Shown one piece after another: positions 53,290-64,000 of a stretch of 64,000 nt of DNA (the first letter of the stretch is position 1; each line of letters opens with the position of its first letter). The DNA comes from Chlorokybus atmophyticus (lineage: Eukaryota; Plantae; Mesostigma and Chlorokybus algae). The notes under the pieces were generated by a model. The model was not told where the DNA came from, did no database searches, and was given only the letters and a program-made list of their open reading frames with translations. The DNA is taken from positions 938,682 to 1,002,681 of the forward strand of contig RHPI01002533.1 of the NCBI GenBank assembly GCA_009103225.1. The letters run 5' to 3'. Made by a program: the position numbers and the translations under genes.

Positions 53290-53410
53290 GCTGCGGTGAC
53301 AACCGCGGCCGTGATGTATGAAACACCATTGCCTTGCTGTGCATTTCGCTGCGGTGGCAACCGCGGCCGTGATGTATGAAACACCATATAGCCGTGCTGT
53401 GCATGTCGAT
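53290..53410. repeat. Tandem duplication, 2 copies of about 59 bp
   Basis: CTGCGGTG(A/G)CAACCGCGGCCGTGATGTATGAAACACCAT…TGCTGTGCAT(T/G)TCG occurs twice. Confidence 0.9.
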
Positions 53411-53726
53411 TAGTCCTGTGAACCCTAACCCTATGATGCATCTCCAGACACAGACTTGATACGCATACACATGCCCGCAAGGGCATACATTCATATTGCA
53501 GATTCAGTAGTAGTGATGGCAACTCCACGCAAACTTTGCATACATGCGTGGAAACCAACATATGGTTGCACTTGCCCATGGACTGGCACAGACTCACAGA
53601 GAGAAATGCCAGGAGCAAGACTTGCTAAGCACAACGTCACAGTGCAAATGGACATACCCAGCCAACATGTGTGCGCAGGCGCAATACAGCACTCTAAGTG
53701 GTGTGCTTCACAGTCATGCTATCACC

Positions 53727-56372
53727 TCAGTGCAGATCTTTATCCAGCCACTGGCTATCTACAAAGGCCGCCATGTCCTGTCGGTCCTGCCGTCGGGCCG
53801 CTCGCCTCGCGGCCTGGCGCGTGTTCTTTGCTCGTTTGGGCGCCAACCGCTCGTCCCGCAACACGTATGCCAATCGAAAGCGCTCAGCAATGTGCAACGT
53901 ACTGAAGTCAACATCAATGCCCCTCTTCGCGAGGAATGTCCTCATCATTGCCGCACCCGCGGTCAACCTGTCGTCCAGCTGTGCTTGCGTGCTACTCGAG
54001 GCAATGGATGAAGTCCAACTCCTTTCATCAACGCCCGCGATAAGCGTCGAATCCAATGCCACTCGCGCGTCAGCTTCGAGTGGACAACTCCTACCAACGA
54101 TGGGATTCACCCGCAGCTTGGGCCACTCCTTGGTTAGAAACTCTAAAGACTTCTCATCTATGCTTGGCTACAACGCACACCCGAGTCAGTCAGCGTGATA
54201 CGGACTAACAATCGTATGTGTAACAAAGAGAAACAGTCGCGCAGGCTCCTCTCCTTGATAGGGCCAGTGCACAAGACGACACTACCGTGCATGGCGAAGC
54301 TTACCCAAACGAGGTAGCGCAGCGAATGCGCGCCAACGACCACGTCGTCCAGCTCCTCCCAGCCCGACCGGTCTTCATCATGCCTCAATTTGGGCACCAA
54401 CGCCCTGATGACCTTGCGCATCACAGCATCGTTTGCAGCGCATCCCCTGTGGAAAAACTTGACTGAGCTAGGTGCTTATGCACGAATGCAGCGCATGCAA
54501 TGCAAGCTGTATCACAGGGTAAGCGAGCCCGCTCTTACCCGGGTATAACAGCAAAAGTAACAGCGAACGCCAATCACAAGATCGGAGGCCTAACTACATG
54601 ACGCACAAGCTACCACGGTGTTGGCTTTCTACAGCCTTGTACGTTGTGCTGATGCGACAGTGTGCTGATGTGTGCTGATGCTGACTGAATTCATGCAAGC
54701 CGTGCAAGCAGCATATGACAATTCTTACCCACAGCGCAGCACTTGGAGCTCAGTCGAGCTTCTCACGAGCGACACCACCCCTTCTGCTGTGAGGTTTGCG
54801 CACCAACTGCAGCAAGTAGGGGTCAGAAGGCGCACCACAGGGAGGCAGGCGCAGAGTTACCATTGGCGTTGCCAACACGCTCCGCGCAGCCAAAGGCAGC
54901 ACACTCAACAGTACGTGAATGCCCCGTCAGTACTCACCTTATGTCGACTGCATTCAATCGCGAGCAGAAAGCGCTGGCATGCTTAAGACTGGCGTCCGTG
55001 ACTTGGGAGTCGCTTACATCCAGAAGGGTCCAAGAGTCATCCAGGAATTCCAGGAGCACTTGATCTGCAAGCAGCTTGCGTCTGCGCGCGAGCGCTAACA
55101 GCGATGCCTGTAGTAAGTTGTGAGGTTGCATATTATTGAGACAGTAATGGACACAGTGACCGGGTGCAAGTGACCACCCAAACCTACCTTGATTGGGGGT
55201 GGGAGTATGCGAGACAAGACATCGCCTTCTTCAGCCAACTGTTCCAGCAGGAACTCGAGGTGCTGCCCAATGAACCCGAGACAGGTTGCTAACAGTGTCC
55301 GAGGGTGTCGTCCGGGTCGCGTTGTAGCTGGTTGTGTTTTCCTCAAAGCAAAACTCTGGTGTGATGATGTGGACTCCCCGTTACGCGACTCTTGCTGAAC
55401 TAAGGCCCTGCAGTGCGATTATGGAGTGGTGGTCATGCACTCATCAGCCACAAGCAACACGAACAGTGCTGCAACAAGGTGAGCTTGGAACTCATTGCAA
55501 GCTGAGCTCTGCTGAGCGGACATACCTATTGGTGTTTGAAGACACTGGCTTTGTCAATGATGGAGACTGCGGCGATTGGCGGCTGAGTTGACCCAGAGGT
55601 GATACCTGACAACGACATCCCAATTGTCATCGTGTGAAATACTGTACAGTTTAACTGCACACATGCTCAGCAATATTGCTTGAGATAGCTCCTTAGCAAG
55701 CATTCATTACGACACCAGCAAGCAGCGAACAGCCAAGAAGCGAAAAGGAACAGCCTTCTAGCAAGCTTACAGCAGGGTACCCAACACAAAGCACACCTTC
55801 CCGTTGCCAGGTTTGGCAATCACGAACACACAGCATGGCCCCACAACTGCTCCTGACTGATATGCTTGGGGTGGCATGAAGAAACAAAGAACACCACAAC
55901 AGATTAGCTTGCATGTTTGAACTTCAAAAGATCACAACTGGCCGCGTAGGTAAAACCATTAGATAAGGGTACCCGTGTGTGCTACTTCTTGAACAACTGA
56001 ATCGCAGTAACCTCTACTTATACGGGCAATCGTCCCACTGTGAACACGAACTGCACAAATACAGCGCCTACTAGTAGCCGTGTCTCAACAACACATGTGA
56101 CGTAAGTAAGCCGTGAGAGAAGTAAAGAGGAGCAGAACGACTCTTGCTGAACTGGCTAAGCATGCTAGATGGGCTCAGCTACGCGCTCGGTGTGAGCACA
56201 GTGTTGATTGTGTGAGCCTGTAATGGTGCATGCGTCTTTGGCCGTGAGATGTGCGTTGTGTTACGACCAGCCGCACCAGGGCCGGGATCCTGGCATGCAT
56301 GGTGCAAAGCGAACCACGCGGCCCATGTAGCTGGAACAGGTAAATTGGACTCACTCGTTTGGTGGAACTCAT
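53727..56372 (-). CDS. RNI-like LRR protein (plant AMN1-like family); start codon uncertain
   Basis: TLLATCLGFIGQHLE…PPPIK|ASLLALARRRKLLADQVL…SWTLLDVSDSQVTD…NAVDI|SWCANLTAEGVVSLV…LQVLRCG|GCAAND…GWEELD…SLRYLVW…HIAERFRLAYVLRDERLAPKRAKNTRQ. The core from 53727 to about 55350 is well supported; the 5' exon at about 56372 is tentative. Confidence 0.78.
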
Positions 56373-58569
56373 CACACACGGTCCGAGAGACAAGCAGTAG
56401 CAAGCCTCCTTGATGACACCCAACACGCGCAGCCCGCCGCTGCCGCTGCCGCCGTCGCCACCGCTGCCGCCGACTTCGCCGGCCTGGAAATGATAGCCGG
56501 CACGGCGAAGGGAAAGGGAAGGAAAGGGAAGGGAAGGAAACCAAGTGAAAAGAACGCTAAAAACGGAAAACGTACGTACAAAGGCAGGAAGCTACCGCTC
56601 GCCAATGATCACTTCAAAAAATACATAACGCCAAAAAAGCATGAACGATCGCATGCAAACCATGGCATCACAATTAGGGGTGGGGCCTGACAAAGATTTG
56701 GCGCAATCAAACGAACAAATAACAATAATGGTAACAAGTGTGTTGATTGTTTTTTTTAAAAACATCACATTATATATACAATAATAAACAAATAATGATC
56801 AAAGTTGTCAATGAAAACGTATATCTTAAATTGTGTCTACGGTCAAGTTGAAGCTAAAACGTTTAAACTTAACTTCAACTCTGATCCTAATCAGAACCTC
56901 CATCTCAATATCGATTGAATATCACGGTCATCTCCATTTGTTGTAAAAACATTGCGGATTTGTGCTCTTTGCCTCATTTAGTGAATATTACTTGGTTTTT
57001 TTAATGTTACGATGTGCACAACTGCCGTGCGTATTAACGCACGGCATACCTACCACGTGTTGTTAGTCATTGTCAAGTTGATGAGACATTCAACATTTGG
57101 CAATGATTAATAAGCAACGTTATATATCACTGAAATGGCTACTGTATTATTTACAGTACTTATACTATAGAAAGTACCGAGAATCGGACTGCTTTTGGCC
57201 TCCAAGTTGCAAACTGTGTTGTATTGATCGACAGACGTGTCACATATTGGGAAACGGAACTTGAAGGCGTATACGAGAAAATCAACGTCGTGATCTATTC
57301 ATCTATGGTGTAGCACCACTAATTTTGAAGTCATATCACAGCTGCAGCACAGCATGACCCAGTAGGTAACCATTGAATAACTCTTGCTATATCAACCATG
57401 TCATGGCTACCGACTTTGCAATAGCATCAGTACATGCTAACAAGTACATGTTACATTTGGTTGCGCACACATTATCAAGTTGGGGGATGTTCTTCATGTG
57501 ATAACCCCATGGCACATTGCACAGCCGCAGGCTGCATACTTACAAGCATGTTTAGAATTGTCAAGCAATGCTCGTGTGCCATTCAGCTCAATAAGTGACT
57601 TCCCATAAATCATCATAAGGGATGCCATTTAAAAGGGTTTGAATTTTGGAGGTCTATATGTATCAAAGCATGTTACCTAACTTGCATTAAAACGGAACTG
57701 AATGCAGTTGAGTTACCGGCCAGCCTAGTGTTAAGGGTGTTTTGATTCGCTATGAAGCAATTTTGCGACCTCACTAACCAAAAACTTTTTGCCAACATAA
57801 CAGTGTGGCAACTCGGGGCCCAGACAAATGCTAGCTAGACCACATGCTGCATGCAACATGCGACCGTGCAATGTATTACATTGTCATTCATGGCGTTATA
57901 TTTTATGTAGATTGGTAGCGTAAAAAGTGTATCTTTTTGGTAGTATATGCGTTGGCAAAAAACCTTTTAGCACGCACATTGTGCATTGAGCAAGGAAACT
58001 GCCCTATGTGCATATCGTGCTTGTAATAAATGAAACACAAATCTTTTTAAGCAAACGAATGTTGTAATTCGGTGATGTGCTTTGAAAATCTAGTAAAATA
58101 ATTTTTGTGCGTACAAGGTCACGTCTACATATTGTATGTAAATTAGGCCGTCGTCATGATGTTGCATGTGGAAACAACTTGTGCGTGTTGTTTCGCGACA
58201 AACGGCGCACTCCAAAGGTTTATGATGACTAGCACGCAACTCATAACATGCACTCTTCAAAGCTATAAGTAGTGCAGAACTTTGAGCACTGTTGTTATGC
58301 TGTGCTTTTAACTGAGCAATGAGTACTACTCCAGCACAGTAGCTACTACTTCAGATGTTACAGACACCCATGCAAGGCTTCGACCAAGACAACGTCAGTG
58401 CTGTCAACAAGACCGCGACCAAGACAACGTCAAAACAATCGCACATGGAGTGAGTGTCTCCCACAACCCAACACAGTTCTCAGTTGTCACATATTCTCCA
58501 ACTTTTACTTTCACAAGAAACCACTTGGAGGAGAAGTCATCCCCCCCTTCCCCCCCGGTTTGCAATGAA

Positions 58570-61500
58570 TCACTGGTACACCACCACGCACTCCTGCGGG
58601 TAACCCATCTTCGGCAGCAACCCGTCCGGCGCTCCCACCATAGCTTCCTGCAGACACACAACCAAAACAATCATTCTCTCAACCACCCTCACAACACAAC
58701 ACGACAACACTAGTCCCTGTCAGCCCCACTCCTCTCACATTGAATCCGTGCGGTCCGCACACGAGCACCGTCGTGAGCGCGCCGCTGCTGCGCGTGGAGG
58801 AGGAGTTCTGCTGTTGCTGGGAACCTCCTGATGCGGTCGGGGGAGGAGGCAGGTGCTCCTTCAACTGAGACTTGGTCAACAAGCCGCGGCCACCGGACCA
58901 CGAATCCGAGGCGTGCCTCAACGTGTAAAACACCTAAGGAGGCCAATGATGGGTCAAGACCATTTATCAGAATGTATACTTGCGTGTTCACATACCTGCA
59001 CGCATGCGCGCGCGCGCGCATGCGTGCAGGTATGTGTGCATGCGCATCCATGCGTGCGCGCGTGCGAGCGCATGCGTGCATCGCGTGTATATGTGCGTGT
59101 CCATGCGTGCATCTGTGTGCGTGCGCATGCGTATATGCTTGCGTGTGCGTACCTCAAGTTGTGTCGGATGTTTGGCTGCGAGCTGGTCGATATCCTTCCT
59201 CAGCGGTATCTCCTGCTCGTTCTCCGCCGCGAGCACCAGCCACACTCTCGTCTTATCCTCCGGGTTCGCCAGCACTGCGCTCATCAGCTGATACATCGGC
59301 GTGACGCCCGTCCCCGCCGCGAGCATGCCGATGCGGGCGTACGTGTTGGGCGCGTACGCGTTGGGTAACATGTTGGGCCCACCATTGTTGTTGCCGCCTG
59401 AAGAAGAGGAGCTGCGGTGGAGACGCAACTCGATCTTGGCGCCGGGAGCCATCGAGAACAAGTGCTCGCTCATGTGACCGCCAGCGTAACGCTTGACGAG
59501 AAGCTCCACGGTACAGCGATCGGGCTCGCAGGCGATTGGCGTGTAGAGTCGTGCAACCACTTCACCCTGAGAGAAGTGCGTGTGTATGCGCGCGCGTGTA
59601 TATGACGTGTGTGTGCGTGCGTGCTTGACGCGTGGGCAAGAGCGCACAAGCGTGCGTCGCCGTTGTTGCTACTGTTGTTGTAGTACACGTTGTTGTTGTT
59701 GTTGCTGGTGTCATCATTGGTGTCATTGTCGTACCTGTATGATGGCGCGTGCCATGACGGTTGACGGTATCGTAATCCCGCCGTTGAAAGCATTAGCCGG
59801 CGGACTCGACGAGGACGTCGTGCTCGTCGCCTTCAACTGGAACTTGAACTTTCTCATCTGTGGGCTCTTCTCCGTGACCTTCACCAACATGAACGAGCGC
59901 CACTCCACGGGATCGAGCAGGGCCTTGGATGAGTCGGCGGGAGGAGGAGAGAGAGAGGAGGGGAGAGGAGGTTTGGTAGTCGAGGACGAGCCGGCGGCGT
60001 GAGGAGGAGGCGAGGTGTCGGTGGTGGATGCGGCGACGGCGAGCTTACCGATCACCAAGTCCAACATTTGGCGCTTCACGATGGGGTCCCCGGTGTGCGC
60101 CAGAGCAAAGTGCTGCGGATGGAGTTATGTGTTTGCTTCATGGCGCACATGAGTTTACGCTAGGCGGTGTGCGTGTGCGAGCGAGCATGTATGCATGTGC
60201 GCGTGTGCACACACATGCGCGCGTGAGAGAGTGTGCAGTAATGTTGCCAACAGTTTCACATCGACAGGTGCTGACCCCTACCTGCGTTGAGTCTCGGCCA
60301 ATCTCAGCCTTAAGGACAGATGCACCACCGGGGTGCTGATTGATGAACTTGGTCAGGTTGACCACATTGCCATCTATCACCTGCCAGGCGAGGAAAACAG
60401 ACACAACTACGTCAGCACGGATGAGTGTACGTGTGACCGACACCCACCCAACTCTCTCCCCGCCTTACCGTCAGCTTCCTCCCATCAGCTATGGCCTCCC
60501 CGATCTTCTCCCACGTAAACTGCTGCTGCTTACTCTTCTCCAACTCACTCTCTCCCCCTTTAGGGAACAAACTCCTAAACCCTCCTGGCGCATGTGGCGT
60601 GCGTGGGGACTGCGGCGGTGATGGCGTGGACGACGTGGAGGACACGCCGACGGTTGATAATGTTGGTCTGAAACGACTGCTGCCTGTCTGTTGGCGTATG
60701 TGGAGTGAAGGAGATGGTATGGATGAGAATATGTTGGGAGGGTGAGATTGCTGAGTCTCTCTCTCTTGTTCGGACATGCCGGCGGTCCAGCTGTTGTTGG
60801 AGCGCGTGATGGTTGATAATGGTGATGACGGTGATGTGGGGGAGGTGGGGGAGTGTGGTGGGGATGGGTTGGTTGTGGTGGTACTGCTGCGCATCATCGT
60901 CTGCGCGTGAGGGAGAGGGAGACCGGTCGTGTGCATGTGGGTGGAAGTGGAGGGCCTACGGAGTGATGACTGTGTGTTGTTCATCTGGCCAGCGGAGAAG
61001 GAGATCGATCGTCGTGCAACCCTCTCCTTTAACACGCCGTTGTTGTTGTTGTTGTTGTTGTTGTTGTTGGTGGTGCTGTTGTGGTTGGTCGTCATGTTGT
61101 GCAGGGTGTTTGCCAGCAGAGGGACCTGGTGCAGCGCGGTGCTGACTGAAGCTCTGTGCCGTACGCTTGTTTTACTGGCCTGCGGGGTTGTAGTACTACC
61201 CAACTCTAACCCAACCATCTTCTCCACGCCTCCGACATGATGTTTCCCCACATCATGCTCGACGAGGGTGATGTCGATGCCCGCGGTGCTGATACTCTTC
61301 ACGTGGTGATGACTACCCGTCGTCGTCGTCGTTGTTGTGCCGGAGGAGGAGGGTGAATCAGTTTTCGCCGTGAAAGACTCCATTGAGGGATACATGTGCA
61401 GCTCGGTCTTGTTGGCGCGCTCGACGACGTGCTCGTGACGGTTGGGGGCCGGGGCATCCTTAACATTGACGACATCATCGTTGGTGGTGTCGCTCGCGGC

Positions 61501-64000
61501 GGGCTTGGTGGTGGTGGTGTTGGACACGGAAGTGCGAAGACGCTGCAGCGTGGTCCTCGCTGCATACGCGACACGCCGCAGACTCTCCATTGTCGTCGCT
61601 GTCTGCTGTGGTGGAGCCTCAGGGGCACGCTTAGTGGACTCGCTAGCTCTCTGTGGGCATGAAACTCGATGAGACACACGCACGCGTGTGTGCACAGAGC
61701 CACACGCGCGCTTTCACGCACACGCATACGAACCTTTGAGCGCTTCGAGGACATGTTCGCATCGCGCACATTACCATTCCTCCCCTCCTCCCGTTCCACC
61801 TCCACCTCCACCTCATCACCCCTCTCCCCCTCCCTCCTCCCCTCCTCCTCCTCGTCCTCCATCTCCTCATCCCCCCACCCCCCACTCCCCCCTCCCACCT
61901 TCCTTACACTCCCCCCCCCTCCCCCTCCATACCTCACATGGTTATACGGGTCCCCGTCCAGGTACACCAGGCTGTCTCGGCTGATCTCGTGCGCGAGCCC
62001 TGATCTCAGAGCCATCAGGCGGATGAACACGTCCTGGATCTCCTGCTTGGAGACTAAGTCGGTGGAGAGCTGGAAGGCCGGGATGAGGGAGACGGCCCAG
62101 GCTAAGTAGACGCCGCGGAGGGTGGAGGAGACCTGCGTGTGGGGGTGTGGGTGAGGGTGAGGAGAGTGAGGGAGACTAGACCAGATTGTAGCGTGCTCAC
62201 CCCGAGAGCTTGCATCCCCGTCCAGATTTGGACCAACGCCACGCCCATGAGGAAGTAGCCGGTCGCCCTGCGTGTGTGAGAGGTGTCAATGTATGCAGGC
62301 AGGCCTCTCTCTTCTTCTGATGCGTGTGCGACCAAACAGTACAGCACACGTGGACATGGTGCGCGTACATGGACATGGTGCCCGTGCGCACAGGCTTGTG
62401 CACGTATGCGATTGTCTGTGGGTGCGTGTGTTGCACACACGCACGCACACGCACGCACCAAAATGCTTGCATACACTCACACGCACACATAGACAGGTAC
62501 ATAAAGACACAGGCCCCCCCACCTGTGCAGCCGTCTATAGTCCGAGTTGGTCCTATGTTTACTCGCCAGCACCCCCGTAAAATCCTGCGGTATCGTTATA
62601 AACACGACTATAATCGCCGTCACCGAATGACTCGTCGCAAAGCTCGCGTGCGTGTAGGCCGTCCCGAACAGCTCCCCGACCAACGCCACCAAAGTGACAC
62701 AACTCTGGATGATCTTGTGGGCGCGCATCCAGTGCTTCCAGCCGCGACCGAAACGGGCGATGCCCACGCCGATCACGGCTAAACAGGCCCAGGAAGTGAG
62801 CATCACGAGGCCGTGGATGCGGAGCATGTCGAGCTCGAAGTAGTGGGGGGTGGAGACGGAACCCTGAGGGGGAGATGGGAGGGAGAGTTGGATAGTGCAC
62901 CAGTTCTAGTTCGCCAGCATCGTGCATGCATGCGTGTGTGTGCGCACGCACTCGCACGCGCACACGTGCGTGCGTGCGTCTGGGTGTGTGCGTGCATGCA
63001 AACGTCTCCCTCTCTCTCTTTCTCTTACGGAGTTTGCGGATGCGTTGAAGAAATTGATGTAGGTGAGGCCTCGCTGGCCGAGGCCGTGGTACTGGATGGT
63101 CTGCGTGGTGCCCCAAGCAAAGGTGACCTGCGTGCATGCGTACAACGTGAGCGCACCACGTGAACCCAACATGGACTATGTCTCACACGCACACGCATGC
63201 GCAGACAAGGTCTGCGTGTACACATGGCCATGCACACCTTGTGCACCTGTTCGTACACATGAGCCCAACAGTCCGCCTGTACCTTGGTGAATCCGTCTGC
63301 GATGGCGTGATCGAACGGGTCCCCCGTGACGAGCTTGCGCGCGAACGAGGCGGTGGTAGAGAAGGAGGTCTGTACCCCGTGCGCGTCGATCACGTCATCG
63401 ATACCCCCGAGATCCGTGTCCGCCACGGGCTCCACGTAGTCCAGAGACCAGGAGTCGCGCACGGTCAAGACACCCGCGCTCGTAAACGACGCTGGGCAGG
63501 ATGAGCGACGTGTCAGTGACACACGCACACACGCACGCGCACGCGCGTGCACGTGCACACGTGCACAACCATCAATACGCATACACAAATATCACCACAT
63601 GTCGGTACTACTGCTCACCTATCCATATGTCTGCCTGCGTCATGCCGTTGTCGGTGGGTCCGAACCCGATGCCCATCCAGCGCGCCGTCTGGGACGTTAG
63701 CGCGAACGTGATCTGCTGCCCGTCACTCGATCTGCACATTGCGTTGGCATGAGAGTTGCCTTTGCTTCTTCTGTTTGTCACAACACAGCGTGCGTTCGAG
63801 GGCGTTGTTGTTACGGTGTGCGCTCACAGCTGCCACGTGAGCGTGAGGGCGTCAGACAGCTGAACCGACGACTGCTGCGTGCTGGTGCTGGTGGTGGTGC
63901 TGGTGGTGGTGCTGGTCGAGGATGAGGCGAGCATGAGAGCGCTGCTGCTGGAGGAGGCGGACTCGAGACCGGCTGCAAAGTTGACCTGAAGGGGGGGATA
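58570..64000 (-). CDS. DOMON-cytochrome b561-disordered linker-cytochrome b5-NADH:cytochrome b5 reductase fusion; 5' end lies beyond the window
   Basis: DOMON: WMGIGFG…GMTQADIW, FARKLVTGDPFD, VTFAWG…IQYHG. b561: HGLVMLTSW, WMRAHKIIQ, SHS, LHRW. b5: FTWEKI…IDGNVVNLTKFINQHPGG. Reductase: RLYTP, LVKRYAGGHMSEHL, MLAAGTGVTPMYQ, VLVCGP; stop at 58570. All parts are collinear on one strand with GT-AG junctions. Confidence 0.8.

Noticed and set aside
61930-62030. EISRDSLVYLDGDPYNH considered as a second cytochrome b5 domain
   Set aside because: It lacks HPGG and is followed by a splice into the low-complexity linker.

Overview
Eukaryotic nuclear DNA with GT-AG introns. The plant-type gene set (SPS, FBL15, MYBS3/KUA1-like, AMN1-like LRR) suggests a streptophyte alga; this is an inference. 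Host genes: solanesyl diphosphate synthase, F-box/LRR FBL15, ALG10, NDUFA2 (complex I B8), a zinc-knuckle SHAQKYF MYB, an RNI-like LRR gene, and a 5'-truncated DOMON-cytochrome b561-cytochrome b5-b5 reductase fusion. They lie between transposon-rich blocks. Block 1 (1-10.3 kb) holds a decayed DIRS/PAT-like retrotransposon with an antisense tyrosine recombinase, a TRIM-like mini LTR element and a gypsy pol remnant. Block 2 (31.3-48.3 kb) is a three-level nest. A pogo-like DNA transposon contains a second TRIM-like element, whose 5' LTR is interrupted by an 11.6 kb Academ(X)-type DNA transposon (20 bp TIRs, TATG TSD). Main finding: besides its DDE-XPG-Cys8 transposase, the Academ element carries an intron-containing gene for a Tudor domain (possibly preceded by a PHD-like finger) fused to a compact phage/bacterial-type C5 cytosine DNA methyltransferase. 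All family assignments come from motif recognition by eye; no database searches were run.
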